Shown here: positions 1 to 12,237 of the stretch, in pieces
How positions within the stretch are numbered: position 1 is the first letter of the stretch
Layout of the letters: every line of letters starts with the position of its first letter
Assembly (NCBI GenBank): GCA_965644295.1
Contig: CBFFRP010000068.1
Coordinates: 62,001-126,000 of the forward strand
Length of the DNA stretch: 64,000 nucleotides
Direction: 5' to 3'
Source of the DNA: Paraphysomonas bandaiensis
Lineage: Eukaryota; Protista; Chrysophyceae
Notes under the pieces: generated by a model
Databases searched by the model: none
Seen by the model: the letters and a program-made list of their open reading frames with translations, nothing else
What the model was told of the DNA's origin: nothing
Position numbers and translations under genes: made by a program

Positions 1-50
1 GGAGCGGCCACACAGAGTTTTTAGTTGGGAAGTCAAGCGATGGTGGCCCG

Positions 51-482
51 GTGACAGTACGCCTTACTTACCGAACACAATCCGTAGCGCCTAATTCGTT
101 GTTTATGAATGAGCACTCAACATCTACTGTTAAGAATGAAGTACCTGTACCATCAAGTACCTCCAAGGAGAATGAAATGCCTGCTCCAGCAATTATTCCT
201 AGTCAAGATGAGGAAACCATTTCAAATACTAACCAAACGAATCAACACGAGACGTTGAAGGAAAGTGCACGTTCTAATACCTCTCCTACTCGGGTTGTTT
301 CTCAGGCTTCTAAATTGATAACTGCCGTTCAGGCGGAGATGTTAGCTGAGCAGCAGGAAGATTGTGAAGATTATCAAGAAGACTTTGATGTGGAGGCGGA
401 GAAGAGCTTTTTGGAACAATTTGGTTTGACCTCAAATGACGAAGATGATTTGGGTGGTTATGATGAATCCTTTGATGATTAG
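51..482 (+). CDS. 3' portion (probably last exon) of an unidentified gene with a low-complexity acidic C-terminus
   Basis: Open frame near the window edge, Ser/Thr/Glu-rich then Asp/Glu-rich tail; no recognisable domain; listed start is GTG, so the true start is probably upstream. Confidence 0.45.
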   Translation: MTVRLTYRTQSVAPNSLFMNEHSTSTVKNEVPVPSSTSKENEMPAPAIIPSQDEETISNTNQTNQHETLKESARSNTSPTRVVSQASKLITAVQAEMLAEQQEDCEDYQEDFDVEAEKSFLEQFGLTSNDEDDLGGYDESFDD

Positions 483-1197
483 TGTATCATATCATTCGTT
501 GTAATAGTACTACATTTTATGCACAATGTAATTTCATGTTTACTAGTCATGTGTACTGTATTATGATCTTTAAATGAATTGTATAGTTTAACTGATATGA
601 ATGGACTGGAAAATGCAATGATTTTTCCTGTTAAAGTGGATATGCGATGGCCCTCAATGTAGTAAACAGAACATAGTTGGACAAGACTATTCACCAGGTC
701 AGAGTATTCCTCAGTAGCAGAAAAATGAATTACAGCTTGTAGGTTCAATTGATGACTTTCACAACCTAGAAGAGGTACAGAGAGCCCACATTACTCTTAC
801 TGTATGGTTAATGTAGCCATATTAGGGTTGCAAACATGTCACAAAGAACAAGTTCCACACAACTGAAGCCCAATCCCGTTAACTGTAACTCGCCAAAACT
901 ATAATCTCCGATGTAGTAAATAATGTGGGAATCCTCATCTTCATATTGGACTCCACTGCATAACAACACTTGTTGCACAACTCTTTGTCCGAAAACCGCA
1001 AACACAACTCCTCGATATTAACGCTAACAGATAAACCAAATGTGATAGGTTTAACCAAATGTGTAACATTTTCTTAAGGAGAGGTATATTCTCTATCGAC
1101 AAAAAGAATGATGTAGATATTTATAGCCACCCAGTTGCACCAGTGATACACATTTCAGGCGTAATAAGGCGACACCGTTCTCTTGACATTAGTAGCT

Positions 1198-1551
1198 TAG
1201 CAATAGGCGTTTAAGGGTCAGGAGTAATATAGCTATTAACTAAATAGTGCTTAACTCTTATATGCTATTATTTAACGCTACAAAAGCTACTTGAGCGCGT
1301 CACCGCAAGCACCTAGGTGCAACCACGTTTTCGCTCTATCACTCAATGCTAACGGAAATAGCAAGCACGACGTTGATACTCCTGACTTATGCTGACTTCA
1401 GGATATTTGAGTCCTTAAAGTAAACAGTCCGGATGCTTTACTTCAGCAGGTAGCCCAATGTCCCGAATGCTTTGAGGTGGGCCCATTCCTGGATGCCTGT
1501 TTATTCATCCACGCTCAAAGACATCTACGCGTGTGACGCTTATTAGTGTCA
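1198..1551 (-). mobile_element. Dispersed repeat family, copy A (degenerate retroelement-like relic)
   Basis: Shares TAGCAATAGGCGTT, ATTTAACGCTAC..AAGCT, GCTGACTTCAGGAT and CCTGTTTATTC blocks with 15624-16030, 16801-17137 and 21348-21530. Confidence 0.7.
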
Positions 1552-2437
1552 ATATATAATGCATCTAGAGCATTCTTTCTACTCTAATCTACATGGGACT
1601 GAGGCGTGTTTTGAGAATTGCGTTCACCCTTTTAGCCAATCTTTTGCTTCAATAGACCCTCTTTCATACTGAGCACTCTCTGCATTATTTCCATTATCTA
1701 CAAACCACGTTTGGTAGTTCCTCTTTAGTTCAAAAATACTCGGTGAAGAATAAAAATGCCATCCTGAAGAATAAATAACTATATATATATGCATTGGTTC
1801 CAAACAGATACACAACATCATTCAATATTTTGAAGGCATAGAATACCTTCAATCAGCTTATGTGGGGGTTGATCATTTTGTCCTTTGCCAACGATCTTTG
1901 ACATGATATTAAGCTTGCGTGATGAGGTAAAACTGTATACTGTCACGTAGTTATGATTAATAATGATAATGTGACTGTACGCAGTACGCAGTGCACATAG
2001 TATTCTTCTTCTTCTATGCTAATGCTAACAGGCAATGGGTATGTAGCCATGATCAGTACCTATACAACATAAGATGCTATCTGTATATTTAAGCCACACT
2101 TACCAATTTGTTAGTTTTTAAACCAAGTAATTTCATAAGTGATTCAAGTAACTGCTTACATGTCTATATGACTGCTTTGGACTTTGGACCATGCAACTGC
2201 AGTGTACAATATAAACCACTACTACTCTTTCTTGTGAGGCCACACTAGCAAGCATAGAACAAGATTCTTATATTATTGTTTGGTGAGTTAATAAAGTATG
2301 AACATGAAGATAACGTCTACACTACTTCGAAGTAGTTTTATTACAGAATGATTCGTCTTGAAAAAATCAAAACAAAGGCGACCATATAGAACAGCGACAG
2401 AAAATATGAAACACATTGAAGACAAAGTACAAACGAT

Positions 2438-3118
2438 TCACACAATTGCAACTACAACACTATCGTCTTCTATATTAACTTCAGCAATACGAATCCGAGT
2501 CGAATTATGCGAACTGCCTTTGCACATGAGTTTCATATGAGATGAAGTATCTCCTTCTTCTAATTCCATTATACAATCAACAAAATTAGATATAATTTGT
2601 TTATAATCCTCATCATTGCAACTATCAGAGATCATCACATACATCTTACTACCTGATTTTTGTTCTAAATAATGAATTAAATCAAATAAATATGATAAAG
2701 TATGTATTGTATTATTCAAAAACATTTGCTTATCAAGTGATGCCCCAATAATTTCACTAAGATTATTAATAATAATAATATCAGGGATATTTTTATAATA
2801 CTGTATGGTTGTAAATATATATAATAAATCATTATAACATGATGCATATGAAATATCCATTATATTTAGATATGATATATAAAAATCCATAGTTTTTATA
2901 TGTGTATTTGTATGATATAAAATTATAGGTTGAGTTGATATGGATATATTGTGTTCTGATTGATATATATGAAGTGATCTTTTTCCTATGTCCGCACAAG
3001 ATACGGCGAAGTCCATTATTAAATTTGATTGAACCAATAGATGAGATGGATTAGAGAAAAAGATATAATTGATTGGCTCTTGGAGTTTATTACTAGCATG
3101 ATGGATACAGTTGATCAT
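2438..3118 (-). CDS. SWSAP1-like RecA/RAD51-paralog-fold protein (tentative)
   Basis: Intact 226-aa single-exon ORF; 'IYISYLN..DL..IF...IPDIIIINNLSEII' resembles the degenerate Walker-B region of SWSAP1-type proteins; size fits. Confidence 0.4.
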   Translation of the reverse strand: MINCIHHASNKLQEPINYIFFSNPSHLLVQSNLIMDFAVSCADIGKRSLHIYQSEHNISISTQPIILYHTNTHIKTMDFYISYLNIMDISYASCYNDLLYIFTTIQYYKNIPDIIIINNLSEIIGASLDKQMFLNNTIHTLSYLFDLIHYLEQKSGSKMYVMISDSCNDEDYKQIISNFVDCIMELEEGDTSSHMKLMCKGSSHNSTRIRIAEVNIEDDSVVVAIV

Positions 3119-4811
3119 TAGATTGCAATACTATCTCTCAGTGGTGTTATATATGATTACTTCAGACCTTATATGACAATGCCTTCTATATATAGACAGA
3201 CACATACATTTCCTGTATACATGCACAAGCATATACACTGTACATTCACCTACACAGCAGAATACCATATACATATATGCATAGAGTACTCCAATATGTG
3301 GTCGATATACTGCTGTACATACAGCAGTATACAAAAAACCAGTACGAAAAATCGTAAGTCAAAAACTGGATAATCGCATAAAAATAACCTTTTTTTGATA
3401 TATTTCCCTGTCTACAGTACAAAAAGTCGACCAGGTTAACAAATCTTAGATTTTTAGATGTGTACTCTATCTCAAACAACGAAAAAAGGGCGATTTTTTT
3501 GCCTAATCGACTTTTTCCCACCCACAAATATCCGGATATACTCATCTTACAGTACACCGCCATAATAATACACAGCAGTATGCTGTATATATAGAGAGAT
3601 CAAGACCTAGCTAACCATTCGTATCGGCAGTCAGCATCTCATTTTGCGGAAATAAATTGAAACAAAATTCTTCTATATTACTGAACAATAACTACGGCTG
3701 GAATACACATAATTATTGTCTCAATATTAGAGGCATCTTGGAACAAAAATAAACGAAGGATGCCGATATTTAAGAACTACAAGCAAGCAAGCAAACAAAC
3801 AAGCAAACAAAAGAAATTCAAACAACTATTTATGTTATTATTGATAATGTCAGTTGATATCATTACAGACTCTGTCCCTCTCATTGAATACATTGAGCCC
3901 TCTCATATACATACATATACCGTATACTGCAGCAGATGTTTCGCACAAGGAAATCTAGATTAGACTACTGCTATTTTTCTGGTGTTAATATGAGCGTTCG
4001 ATTAAACCCAGTTTAGGTCAAGGATACGCCTCTTTACAAGCCAAAAGGACAGCAATACATATATAAACAGGTTACCATGTCAAACAATCTTAGAGACACT
4101 GAAATCACAGATATTAATCCACAAGCGACTTAGGTGGCTAGTTTGAGGTTTGAGTTACACGGGGGTGTTTACCATTTTTTTTAATTTTGTTCACTACATG
4201 ATGCAGGACTAGAACGATAGTCTCAATACAGCATCTCTGCAGTTCCCTTTTTATTGACTAGTGACTGCTACTCTGTGTTCGTATCCCCTCTTGCAATCTA
4301 CAGTATATTGATTATTTCATTGAGGGGGAGTATTAGGATTCATCTTAATATAAGATAGTATATAAAATCATATAGTGTGCAATGAAATATATCATGAACT
4401 GAATTAATGGAAGTACCTGTTGAATGTTGAAGATACATGATCGTCATTGTCAGTTATACTTCTAACCATTCCGTTAGAATTATTATTATTCACTTTTCTA
4501 CATTACTGTATTCATCACTTTATATTCTATATTCTAATAATCACTACATTTTTTTAGCATTACTAAGCTTAAATCTGCAGTGTTCACTTGACGACGTAAA
4601 TTTTTTTGACGAGAAGAGCTCAATTCTGCATCCCTAATATAAACCATAGTCTTGTATACGTTCTGAAAAAACGAGAAAGAAGCTTCAGCTACCATAGTTT
4701 CAAGTAAAATATATTAATATTAAAACATGACTCGTCAGAGTCACAATCTTACAGCGTTTATCGGTTAAAAATGCTTTGTACATCCAAAATATGATCTACA
4801 AAGAAGTTTTT

Positions 4812-7800
4812 TTACAATTTTCGAATCGGGTCATACCCGAAGAATTCATCATCAGAGGAATTGGAGCTATCTGTACTGGCGGGCTGAGTATGTGCCAATC
4901 GAGAGCGAGAGAGCTCAACAATATCCAGGGAAGGAAATACATCGGAGTCATCCGTATTGTACTGGCTGATAGAGTGGTCCGTACCTTGAGATTGAGAGCG
5001 ATGTATAAAAGAATCATCCGACGGCACAACATCAACATCTGACACAGGTTGTTCTGGATAAACAATGTCATCATCTTCCTCTGAGAGTTGGCTATTGGTG
5101 CATGGAGTGGAAGTGGAAACTACCTTCGGAGCATTGAATGCTGGTTTCACAGGGGCGGTTTGTGGAATCGTTTGTGTACTTACTCGCGGAGCCGTGAATG
5201 CTGATTTTGCAGAAGTTTGTGCACTGCCTCCTCGACGAGACACGGTTGTAATCACCCTAGGGGATGATATACTATCATCGTCTGATGAGCTATCTATACC
5301 CACAGCCAAGCACACACTATCTTCTACAGTTGGCTCATCAAGCTCAGGTACTGGATAAATTGTTTCCGATGGCGGAGAGGCTGCTTTGTCGCCTTCAGAT
5401 TGTTGTTGGCTGGACTCATTGGAAGCAGTGTCAAAACCAACCCCCAGAGTGACACCATCAAGAGAAACTAATCCACTTTCATAGTCCGCAGAGCATACAG
5501 GAGGGTGGATACCTATATCGTCTTTCACTTCTTTTTTCTCCTTTTCCTCGCGTCTTTTACGAATAATAGGAAGCCAAAAGATACCAAATACCCAGCAGCA
5601 ACAACAGCAGATTAGTAAAGCTGCGACTGGAAGGGCGATGGTCATAATTCCCAACTCAGCGGTGCCACTACTATCAGTAGCACTCTGGGCTGCTAAAAAA
5701 AGTGAAGGGACAGACGATGGGGCATTGCTGAGACCAGGTGTACCAGTATCTGAAGAGGGTCGATGAGTCGGGTTGACCACATTAATCAAAGGATCAACAG
5801 AGGGAACTACAGTCGGGACAAATGTTTTCAGTAATGAAAGAGAAGAAGTTGGTTCGCACGACGGAATGTGGGTCGGCGTAACTGTAGGTACTGCTGACGG
5901 AGACACTGACAGATGAAATGTGGGTACAGATGATGGGAGGGTACTAGGTGCAGACGTTAGCCGATCAGTCGGCGTCGAACTTGGTAAATATGTGGGAAAA
6001 TAAGAAGGCAATATGACAGGCCGATTGGAAGGCAAATAGGATTGACCATAGGATGGAACTAAGGACGGTGGACAAATAGGTGTACTTGTTGGAAATGATG
6101 TAGGAGAAGCACTTGGAAATTGGGATGGTATTTTGAGGGGAATTATCGTAGGCTCCCATGACGGGTTGCATGAGGGCGCGGAAGTCGGAGAAAAAGTGGG
6201 CTCTACAGATGGCATATTGGACTGAGCGCTCGTAGGGAATACACTTGGTGACACAGTAGGCAAACTGGATGGAGTACTCGATGGTGACGAAGATGGACTA
6301 CTTGCAGGGAAATGCGTTGGCGATGCGGTAGGATCACTGGATGGATTGAAAGTAGGCAAAACGGTTGGTGTAATCGTGAGAATATTGGATGGGAAAAAGG
6401 TAGGAGCATTCGATGGAATGAAAGTAGGTAATGCGGTTGGGGTAATAGTGGGAATGATGGATGGGGGAAAAGTAGGAGCATTCGATGGAATGACAGTAGG
6501 TGATACTGATGGTGCTATAGTGGGCATATTGGATGGGAAGTGTGTAGGGATAAGTGTTGGTGACGCAGTTGGAGAACTTGACGGAATGATCGACGGCAGT
6601 GCGGTTGGTGCAACAGTAGGTAGTTGTGTCGGAGATAGAGTTGGAGAATTAGATGAAACTTCAGTCGGAAGTACGGTTGGCGATAAGGTCGGCATATTGG
6701 ATGGGAAGTTTGAAGGTAACAGTGTTGGCGACATAGTCGGTGCGCCGGTTGGAAGGCTGGTAGGCGATGGGGTCGGTGAAACGGAAGGCATAACGGATGG
6801 AACGCTTGTCGGTGGCGTGGTTGGCAGCAGGGTAGGTATCTTGGATGGAATGTCTGTCGGTACCGCTGACGGTGACTGCGTCGGTATATTCGTTGGAACA
6901 ATCGTCGGTACTCCTGACGGTAACGAAGAAGGTATGTCGGACGGAACACTTGTAGGCCATACAGTTGGCAAAATACTAGGTATATTGGACGGAACATTCG
7001 TGGGTAGCCAAGACGGGGATGCAGAAGGCACATTGGACGGAGAATGAGTCGGAACCCGGGTGGGTGAAAGAGTAGGAATACTGGACGGCATGCCCGTCGG
7101 TAATCCCGTGGGTCGTTGAGTCGGCAAATTTGAAGGAATATTTGTTGGTGACCCGGTGGGTGAAAGAGTAGGAATACTGGACGGCGTGCCCGTCGGTAAT
7201 CCCGTTGGTCGTTGAGTCGGCATATTTGACGGAACACTCGTTGGTGACTTGGTTGGTGAAAGGGTAGGAATACTGGACGGCATGCCCGTCGGTAATCCCG
7301 TTGGTCGTTGCGTCGGTATATTTGACGGAACACTCGTTGGTGACCCGGTTGGTGAAAGGGTAGGAATACTGGACGGCATGCCCGTCGGTAATCCCGTTGG
7401 TCGTTGAGTCGGCATATTTGACGGAACAGTCGTTGGTAACCCGGTGGGTGAAAGGGTAGGAATATTAGATGGAACGCCGGTCGGTACTCCTGACGGTGTA
7501 CGAGTGGGTATGCCTGATGGAATTCCAGTGGGCGAAACAGACGGAAGAACTGTTGGAACAGCACTAGGAGATGTCGGTTGGGATGTGGGTGCAAACGTAG
7601 GCGAAGAAGTTGGCTTCAGTGTAGGCTTCACGGTTGGACAACTTGTTGGAGTTAGGGTTGGCCGACGGGTGGGCACAGTTGTAGGTGTCCTTGTCGGGGG
7701 GATAAAAGGGGTCCGCGTCGGAGTCGAGGTGGGCATTACAGTGGGGCTATAAGACGGGAGACTTGTAGGAATTTTCGTAGGGACATCAGAAGGCTGGTTA

Positions 7801-8981
7801 GTTGGCGGGTATGTGGGAGATTCACTTGGTATGAACGACGGAGTAGAAGTGGGGTTGGCTAGTGGGGACATAGATGGTGCGCTGGTTGGTTCACCAGTTG
7901 GTTCTGTTGTGGGTAGTGCAGTTCCTGTGAAATTGAAAACAATATTGCATATATTCATGCTGCCTTCTGCAGAGTGACTACGCCCAACTGCTATCGCGCT
8001 AACTTCTTCTTCGTTGGGATGATATGTTTCTTCATCAGCACACTGATCTTCCTGCATAACAATGTACACATATGACAAAGTTTTTTCGTTAGTGCGCACC
8101 CCAACAGGGTCCAGACCAGCGAGAGAAGATACCATGCCAAATATCCCAGGCGGAGACATGGTATACTCATAGGAATATGGAAATAGCAAGGGCGTGTGAT
8201 CTACCCCCAGAAAAAGCCTAGCATCTAGTACCACATTGTCCTCACATATGATAAGCGTATCACTGCGGTAGTTCATATAGGCTAGCACCTCGCTTTCCTT
8301 AAGAACTCCGTAAGAGGGATCTATATAGTCATGCGGTGTCAAATAGTACTTCGAGAACCACTTAGCAACATTCAAAGCACGAACTTGTAGAAAGCGGTCG
8401 TGCACGAGGGTCTGAAGCTGGGTGATACTTCCAACCTCCTCCGTAGAGGCAGGAAAACGACACATCGAGTTGGCCATTCTGTCACATCCAGTAGGATAAA
8501 CGAACCTAATCATATTGTCGTCTGAAGATGGAATAGATGATGGTCTTGAAATATCACCAGAATATATAATAAATAATTGTCCAGTAACGTTATACACTCC
8601 ACGCTCAGCTATCATCCACATAACCTCCATTGAAATCTCATCTAATGGTTGACTCCATTCAGTTGAACAATTACTACCTTCAGGTTGATATATTTTTCCA
8701 TTAAATTGTACAAAGCCATTATCTATTTCAATATCTTTAATACGTGGTGCCAATATTGTTGATATTTCAATATCATGATATGGTATACTTATAAATATGA
8801 CAGGATCAATAAACTTATTAGTATATGATGATATTTGTATCCAATTCTGATTATTCATAGTACTATAACCAATCTCTAACCATGTATTGGTGATATATTG
8901 TTGTGTCATTTCATTGTATGTAGATAAAGTATTACCATATATAAAATATGATAAACATATGAATAATTTATAATATAACAT
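4812..8981 (-). CDS. Mucin-like Pro/Thr/Ser-repeat type I membrane protein (1389 aa)
   Basis: N-terminal signal-like stretch, about 350-aa globular Cys-containing domain, about 700 aa of PT/PS repeats, TM helix IMTIALPVAALLICCCCCWVFGIFWLPII followed by RKRR, acidic cytoplasmic tail. Confidence 0.9.
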   Translation of the reverse strand: MLYYKLFICLSYFIYGNTLSTYNEMTQQYITNTWLEIGYSTMNNQNWIQISSYTNKFIDPVIFISIPYHDIEISTILAPRIKDIEIDNGFVQFNGKIYQPEGSNCSTEWSQPLDEISMEVMWMIAERGVYNVTGQLFIIYSGDISRPSSIPSSDDNMIRFVYPTGCDRMANSMCRFPASTEEVGSITQLQTLVHDRFLQVRALNVAKWFSKYYLTPHDYIDPSYGVLKESEVLAYMNYRSDTLIICEDNVVLDARLFLGVDHTPLLFPYSYEYTMSPPGIFGMVSSLAGLDPVGVRTNEKTLSYVYIVMQEDQCADEETYHPNEEEVSAIAVGRSHSAEGSMNICNIVFNFTGTALPTTEPTGEPTSAPSMSPLANPTSTPSFIPSESPTYPPTNQPSDVPTKIPTSLPSYSPTVMPTSTPTRTPFIPPTRTPTTVPTRRPTLTPTSCPTVKPTLKPTSSPTFAPTSQPTSPSAVPTVLPSVSPTGIPSGIPTRTPSGVPTGVPSNIPTLSPTGLPTTVPSNMPTQRPTGLPTGMPSSIPTLSPTGSPTSVPSNIPTQRPTGLPTGMPSSIPTLSPTKSPTSVPSNMPTQRPTGLPTGTPSSIPTLSPTGSPTNIPSNLPTQRPTGLPTGMPSSIPTLSPTRVPTHSPSNVPSASPSWLPTNVPSNIPSILPTVWPTSVPSDIPSSLPSGVPTIVPTNIPTQSPSAVPTDIPSKIPTLLPTTPPTSVPSVMPSVSPTPSPTSLPTGAPTMSPTLLPSNFPSNMPTLSPTVLPTEVSSNSPTLSPTQLPTVAPTALPSIIPSSSPTASPTLIPTHFPSNMPTIAPSVSPTVIPSNAPTFPPSIIPTITPTALPTFIPSNAPTFFPSNILTITPTVLPTFNPSSDPTASPTHFPASSPSSSPSSTPSSLPTVSPSVFPTSAQSNMPSVEPTFSPTSAPSCNPSWEPTIIPLKIPSQFPSASPTSFPTSTPICPPSLVPSYGQSYLPSNRPVILPSYFPTYLPSSTPTDRLTSAPSTLPSSVPTFHLSVSPSAVPTVTPTHIPSCEPTSSLSLLKTFVPTVVPSVDPLINVVNPTHRPSSDTGTPGLSNAPSSVPSLFLAAQSATDSSGTAELGIMTIALPVAALLICCCCCWVFGIFWLPIIRKRREEKEKKEVKDDIGIHPPVCSADYESGLVSLDGVTLGVGFDTASNESSQQQSEGDKAASPPSETIYPVPELDEPTVEDSVCLAVGIDSSSDDDSISSPRVITTVSRRGGSAQTSAKSAFTAPRVSTQTIPQTAPVKPAFNAPKVVSTSTPCTNSQLSEEDDDIVYPEQPVSDVDVVPSDDSFIHRSQSQGTDHSISQYNTDDSDVFPSLDIVELSRSRLAHTQPASTDSSNSSDDEFFGYDPIRKL
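7058..7465. repeat. 96-bp coding tandem repeat (about 4 copies, 32-aa unit)
   Basis: GTAGGAATACTGGACGGC recurs at 7072, 7168, 7264, 7360 and partially at 7456; unit PTQRPTGLPTGMPSSIPTLSPTGSPTSVPSNI. Confidence 0.9.
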
Positions 8982-8989
8982 GATAGATA

Positions 8990-9082
8990 TATGTATGTAT
9001 GTGTGTGTGTATGTATGTGTGTGTGTATGTATGTATGTGTGAGTGAGAGAGAGGGAGAGAGAGGGAGTGAGTGAGTGTGTAT
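8990..9082. repeat. Compound microsatellite (TATG/TG/GA) just upstream of the mucin-like gene
   Basis: Direct reading of tatg, tg and ga runs. Confidence 0.85.
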
Positions 9083-10589
9083 ATGAAACTTTATATACAA
9101 ATTAGAATAATTCAATTAATCATGTATATTGAATCTGTGAGACAATGAATTCTGTCTTGTTTAATATGGAATTCAATGTATGGTTAGATGGTTGTTTGTA
9201 TATAGAGAGATGCATACATAACACTCAGTAGTACTGTATGTAGTATGGAAATATTCGTATATATCAATACACGGGTACATACTACCAGCCCGTATCTATG
9301 TACGGTGTATGTATGTATTGTATGGACTCATCCATTCAAAAAAAAACATACGGTATTGTCGTCATTGTTATTGGTCCTCAACGTACGCACTTAAGTATCC
9401 AATAAGAAATCAGGTATAGTATATAAAGCTATGTGATTAGTCTTAACATACAACTGAAGTATCCAATAATCAATCAGATATAATATATGAATCTATTTGA
9501 TTGGTTATAAAAGTAGTTGAGGTTGTATTTGATGTATTCTTTCACCTTTCACCGTATATTCCCTTCTTACGGTATACGGTTTCGGGACGGTATAACACAC
9601 AGCGTATACACTCCTACTATACACGAAATGGGACATATTTCAACTCATTGCTATGTGTCTTTTGCCTCACTGGGAATGCATTTGCTGCCTTCGCTGTATT
9701 ACTCAAAGATTATATGACCATTTTTACACCCCTACGATCACTGGTGTGCGTGATTGAAATCGATATGCAAGAAGTCCTGTGAGGGCTTCTCCTCCATCTT
9801 TTCCTCCCCTCCCTCCGCTAATGGAAGTTTACAGAATATTCAATATACCAGTCGATAAAATCCTTTTGGCTGTATCAATGTTTCTGCAGTACTTTAATAT
9901 GTTCCAGGAAACTGAAAGAAAAACTTCACTGTATGAACAGCATGATCAATCTCTACAGTAGAAATTTAGGATATGAGGGTAAAATTTATAGGGGTAACAC
10001 GCTTTTGAAACTGACTTGCGACATATAATTTTAAACAAAAAAATAGTTCATTAAAGGGTATATATGAGAAAAGAGCACCCCATACGATTTGAATAGGATA
10101 GTTTTGCTTAATGTTGAAGGCGATCAATTATATATTCAATGGCGTAACGAAAAGAGAGAAGTTTGATTATATCCTCTTTATAAAGTTAGCATGAAATCAT
10201 CTAGAGCATGAAATCACACAGAATGTGGTTCCAGGGTTGTATTGGTGTATTGGCGAGATCCTCACAAGTGATATAACTGATATAGTTGGGTGCTTCTAGA
10301 GTTTCGTATATATTCTAGCATAATATCATTTTTATTTACTTTCTAATTTTAGAACTGTTGTTGCTAGAATAAGGGAGTAAAATATTGCAATAGTATCCCA
10401 ATTGCTACGGTACAAAATCAGTACCTTGTATAAGTTCACAAGTCAGGTTGTTTGATTGTTGACAGCAACTCAAGCTCTAACCACTTTGGCAGAGATGTAT
10501 ATCACTGCAAAGACAACAGATATTGATATGAAAACATCAATTATTAATTCGAGTTCTAATTACATGCATTATTTACAGCCGCTGCGTGA

Positions 10590-11324
10590 TTAGGTCAAAT
10601 ACTGCAACCAAGCGTGAAAACATTTGCGACGAATGCGCCATCTAGAATATAGTTCACCTAGTCGCAACTTTCCTAGTCGATTAACACAATTCTTCTTCAT
10701 GTCAATCGAAAACTTACTATCATATTTACATCTAGAAAATGAATTTAACATCAAACATTGAAATAGGTATCGCTGGTTCTTAACTCCCTCGACATATTTC
10801 TTCAACCTTTCGAAAGCAGATATCATTGCCTTCCAATTTTTACACCACCCCAGAGCTGCTTTAAGCACTTGTTTTTGACGAAGATGACGGGGATCTGTCA
10901 ACTCATGCACGTATACTTTTTCTTGTCGTTTGACTCTTAAGATTGTTTTAGCTTTGCAAGCAATCTCATTGAAGTTGATATCTGATGCAACTACTTTACT
11001 ATCTGCATCAGCGTCACTAATACTGTTTTCTCCTTCCTGTTCATGCTTATTAGGATTCATTTCAGACTCTGTAAGAGGTTCCATTGAAGCACAAGTCATT
11101 GGCGAAGATGATAGTATATATCCTGTCTTATCAATATTATTTTTGCTATTGTTTTCTTCATCCAGTTTATGATTATTAACAACTACATTTGATTGTGTAT
11201 GAGATTCTAAGGAAGAGTTTATCATTGGAGAGCATGTGATTCCGAGTCGTTTGCTCATTAACATCATTGCACGGTTAATAGCCGGATATTGCACTGTATC
11301 TTTACCATAATCATCACTGGACAT
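10590..11324 (-). CDS. Hypothetical protein (244 aa), basic helical C-terminus
   Basis: Intact ATG-initiated ORF, head-to-head with the ankyrin gene; C-terminal 'RRKCFHAWLQY' is weakly Sfi1-like. Confidence 0.55.
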   Translation of the reverse strand: MSSDDYGKDTVQYPAINRAMMLMSKRLGITCSPMINSSLESHTQSNVVVNNHKLDEENNSKNNIDKTGYILSSSPMTCASMEPLTESEMNPNKHEQEGENSISDADADSKVVASDINFNEIACKAKTILRVKRQEKVYVHELTDPRHLRQKQVLKAALGWCKNWKAMISAFERLKKYVEGVKNQRYLFQCLMLNSFSRCKYDSKFSIDMKKNCVNRLGKLRLGELYSRWRIRRKCFHAWLQYLT

Positions 11325-12237
11325 AATTATATTACAATGAATTGTTTTAATTAGTTAAATTAGATGAAGATTATATATATCTTCAGTATATCACACTATA
11401 GTGATCATACCAGCCACATTAACATATATGTGCATATATACACATACATGTATAGTTATAAGGTTATAACCCATATTTATATACTATACACATCAGATTA
11501 GGATTTCAATATATATAAAAGTGCTATTTTTAGCTTTTATTAAGCTAATTTTCTAATTTTATAGCTTACTGTACAAAAAAGTGTAGAAACTATAATGTAC
11601 AGTATTTCTGTGAGATGAGATATCTACAAAAAATTGGTACTCATATCACAAAAATCCAACTATTTATAAGACCAAATTATGGTGAGTTACTCTAAAAACT
11701 ATCATAACATGATAAAAATATCTGTTTTTTTATATGAAAATATCTGATTTTTAAGGTTGTTTAGTAATTTAGTGTCGTTACTCTGTATAGTTATGTACAG
11801 TATGTATGTATGTATAGCTAGTGGCATTAACGTACAGGTGACTCTCTCTCTATATATACATATATATATGACAGTGATATTAAGAATGAGGATATAACAA
11901 CAATACAACTAAAGATATTATTGTTTCCTCATACACAGATAATATCAATTGAGTAAACTAATAGATGGAATATATCAAACAATGTTTCTATAAGTAAATA
12001 CATAGACATATACATATATATGTATGTATGTATGGAGAGTATATATATAACTATGTAGTAGTTATTCCTACATATTATACATAAGAATATCATATAGTAA
12101 CAACCAATCAAATCATTTACACTAATAGATACAGTCTCATATGACTATAATCAGTATATTGAGAGGATCTACTTGATATCACTGTATATCTATACTCTTG
12201 TTAGTATTATACGTATAGTTATATATATACGAAACAT

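Noticed and set aside
479-1005. Short minus-strand ORFs
   Set aside because: No ATG-initiated coherent gene model or recognisable motif
7058-7465. Regularly spaced repeats suggestive of a CRISPR array
   Set aside because: The whole 96-bp unit is repeated in frame inside a CDS; no unique spacers or cas genes; eukaryotic context
6346-7752. Gly/Val-rich plus-strand ORFs and an Arg-rich alternative minus-strand frame
   Set aside because: Antisense and alternate-frame shadows of the PT-repeat stalk
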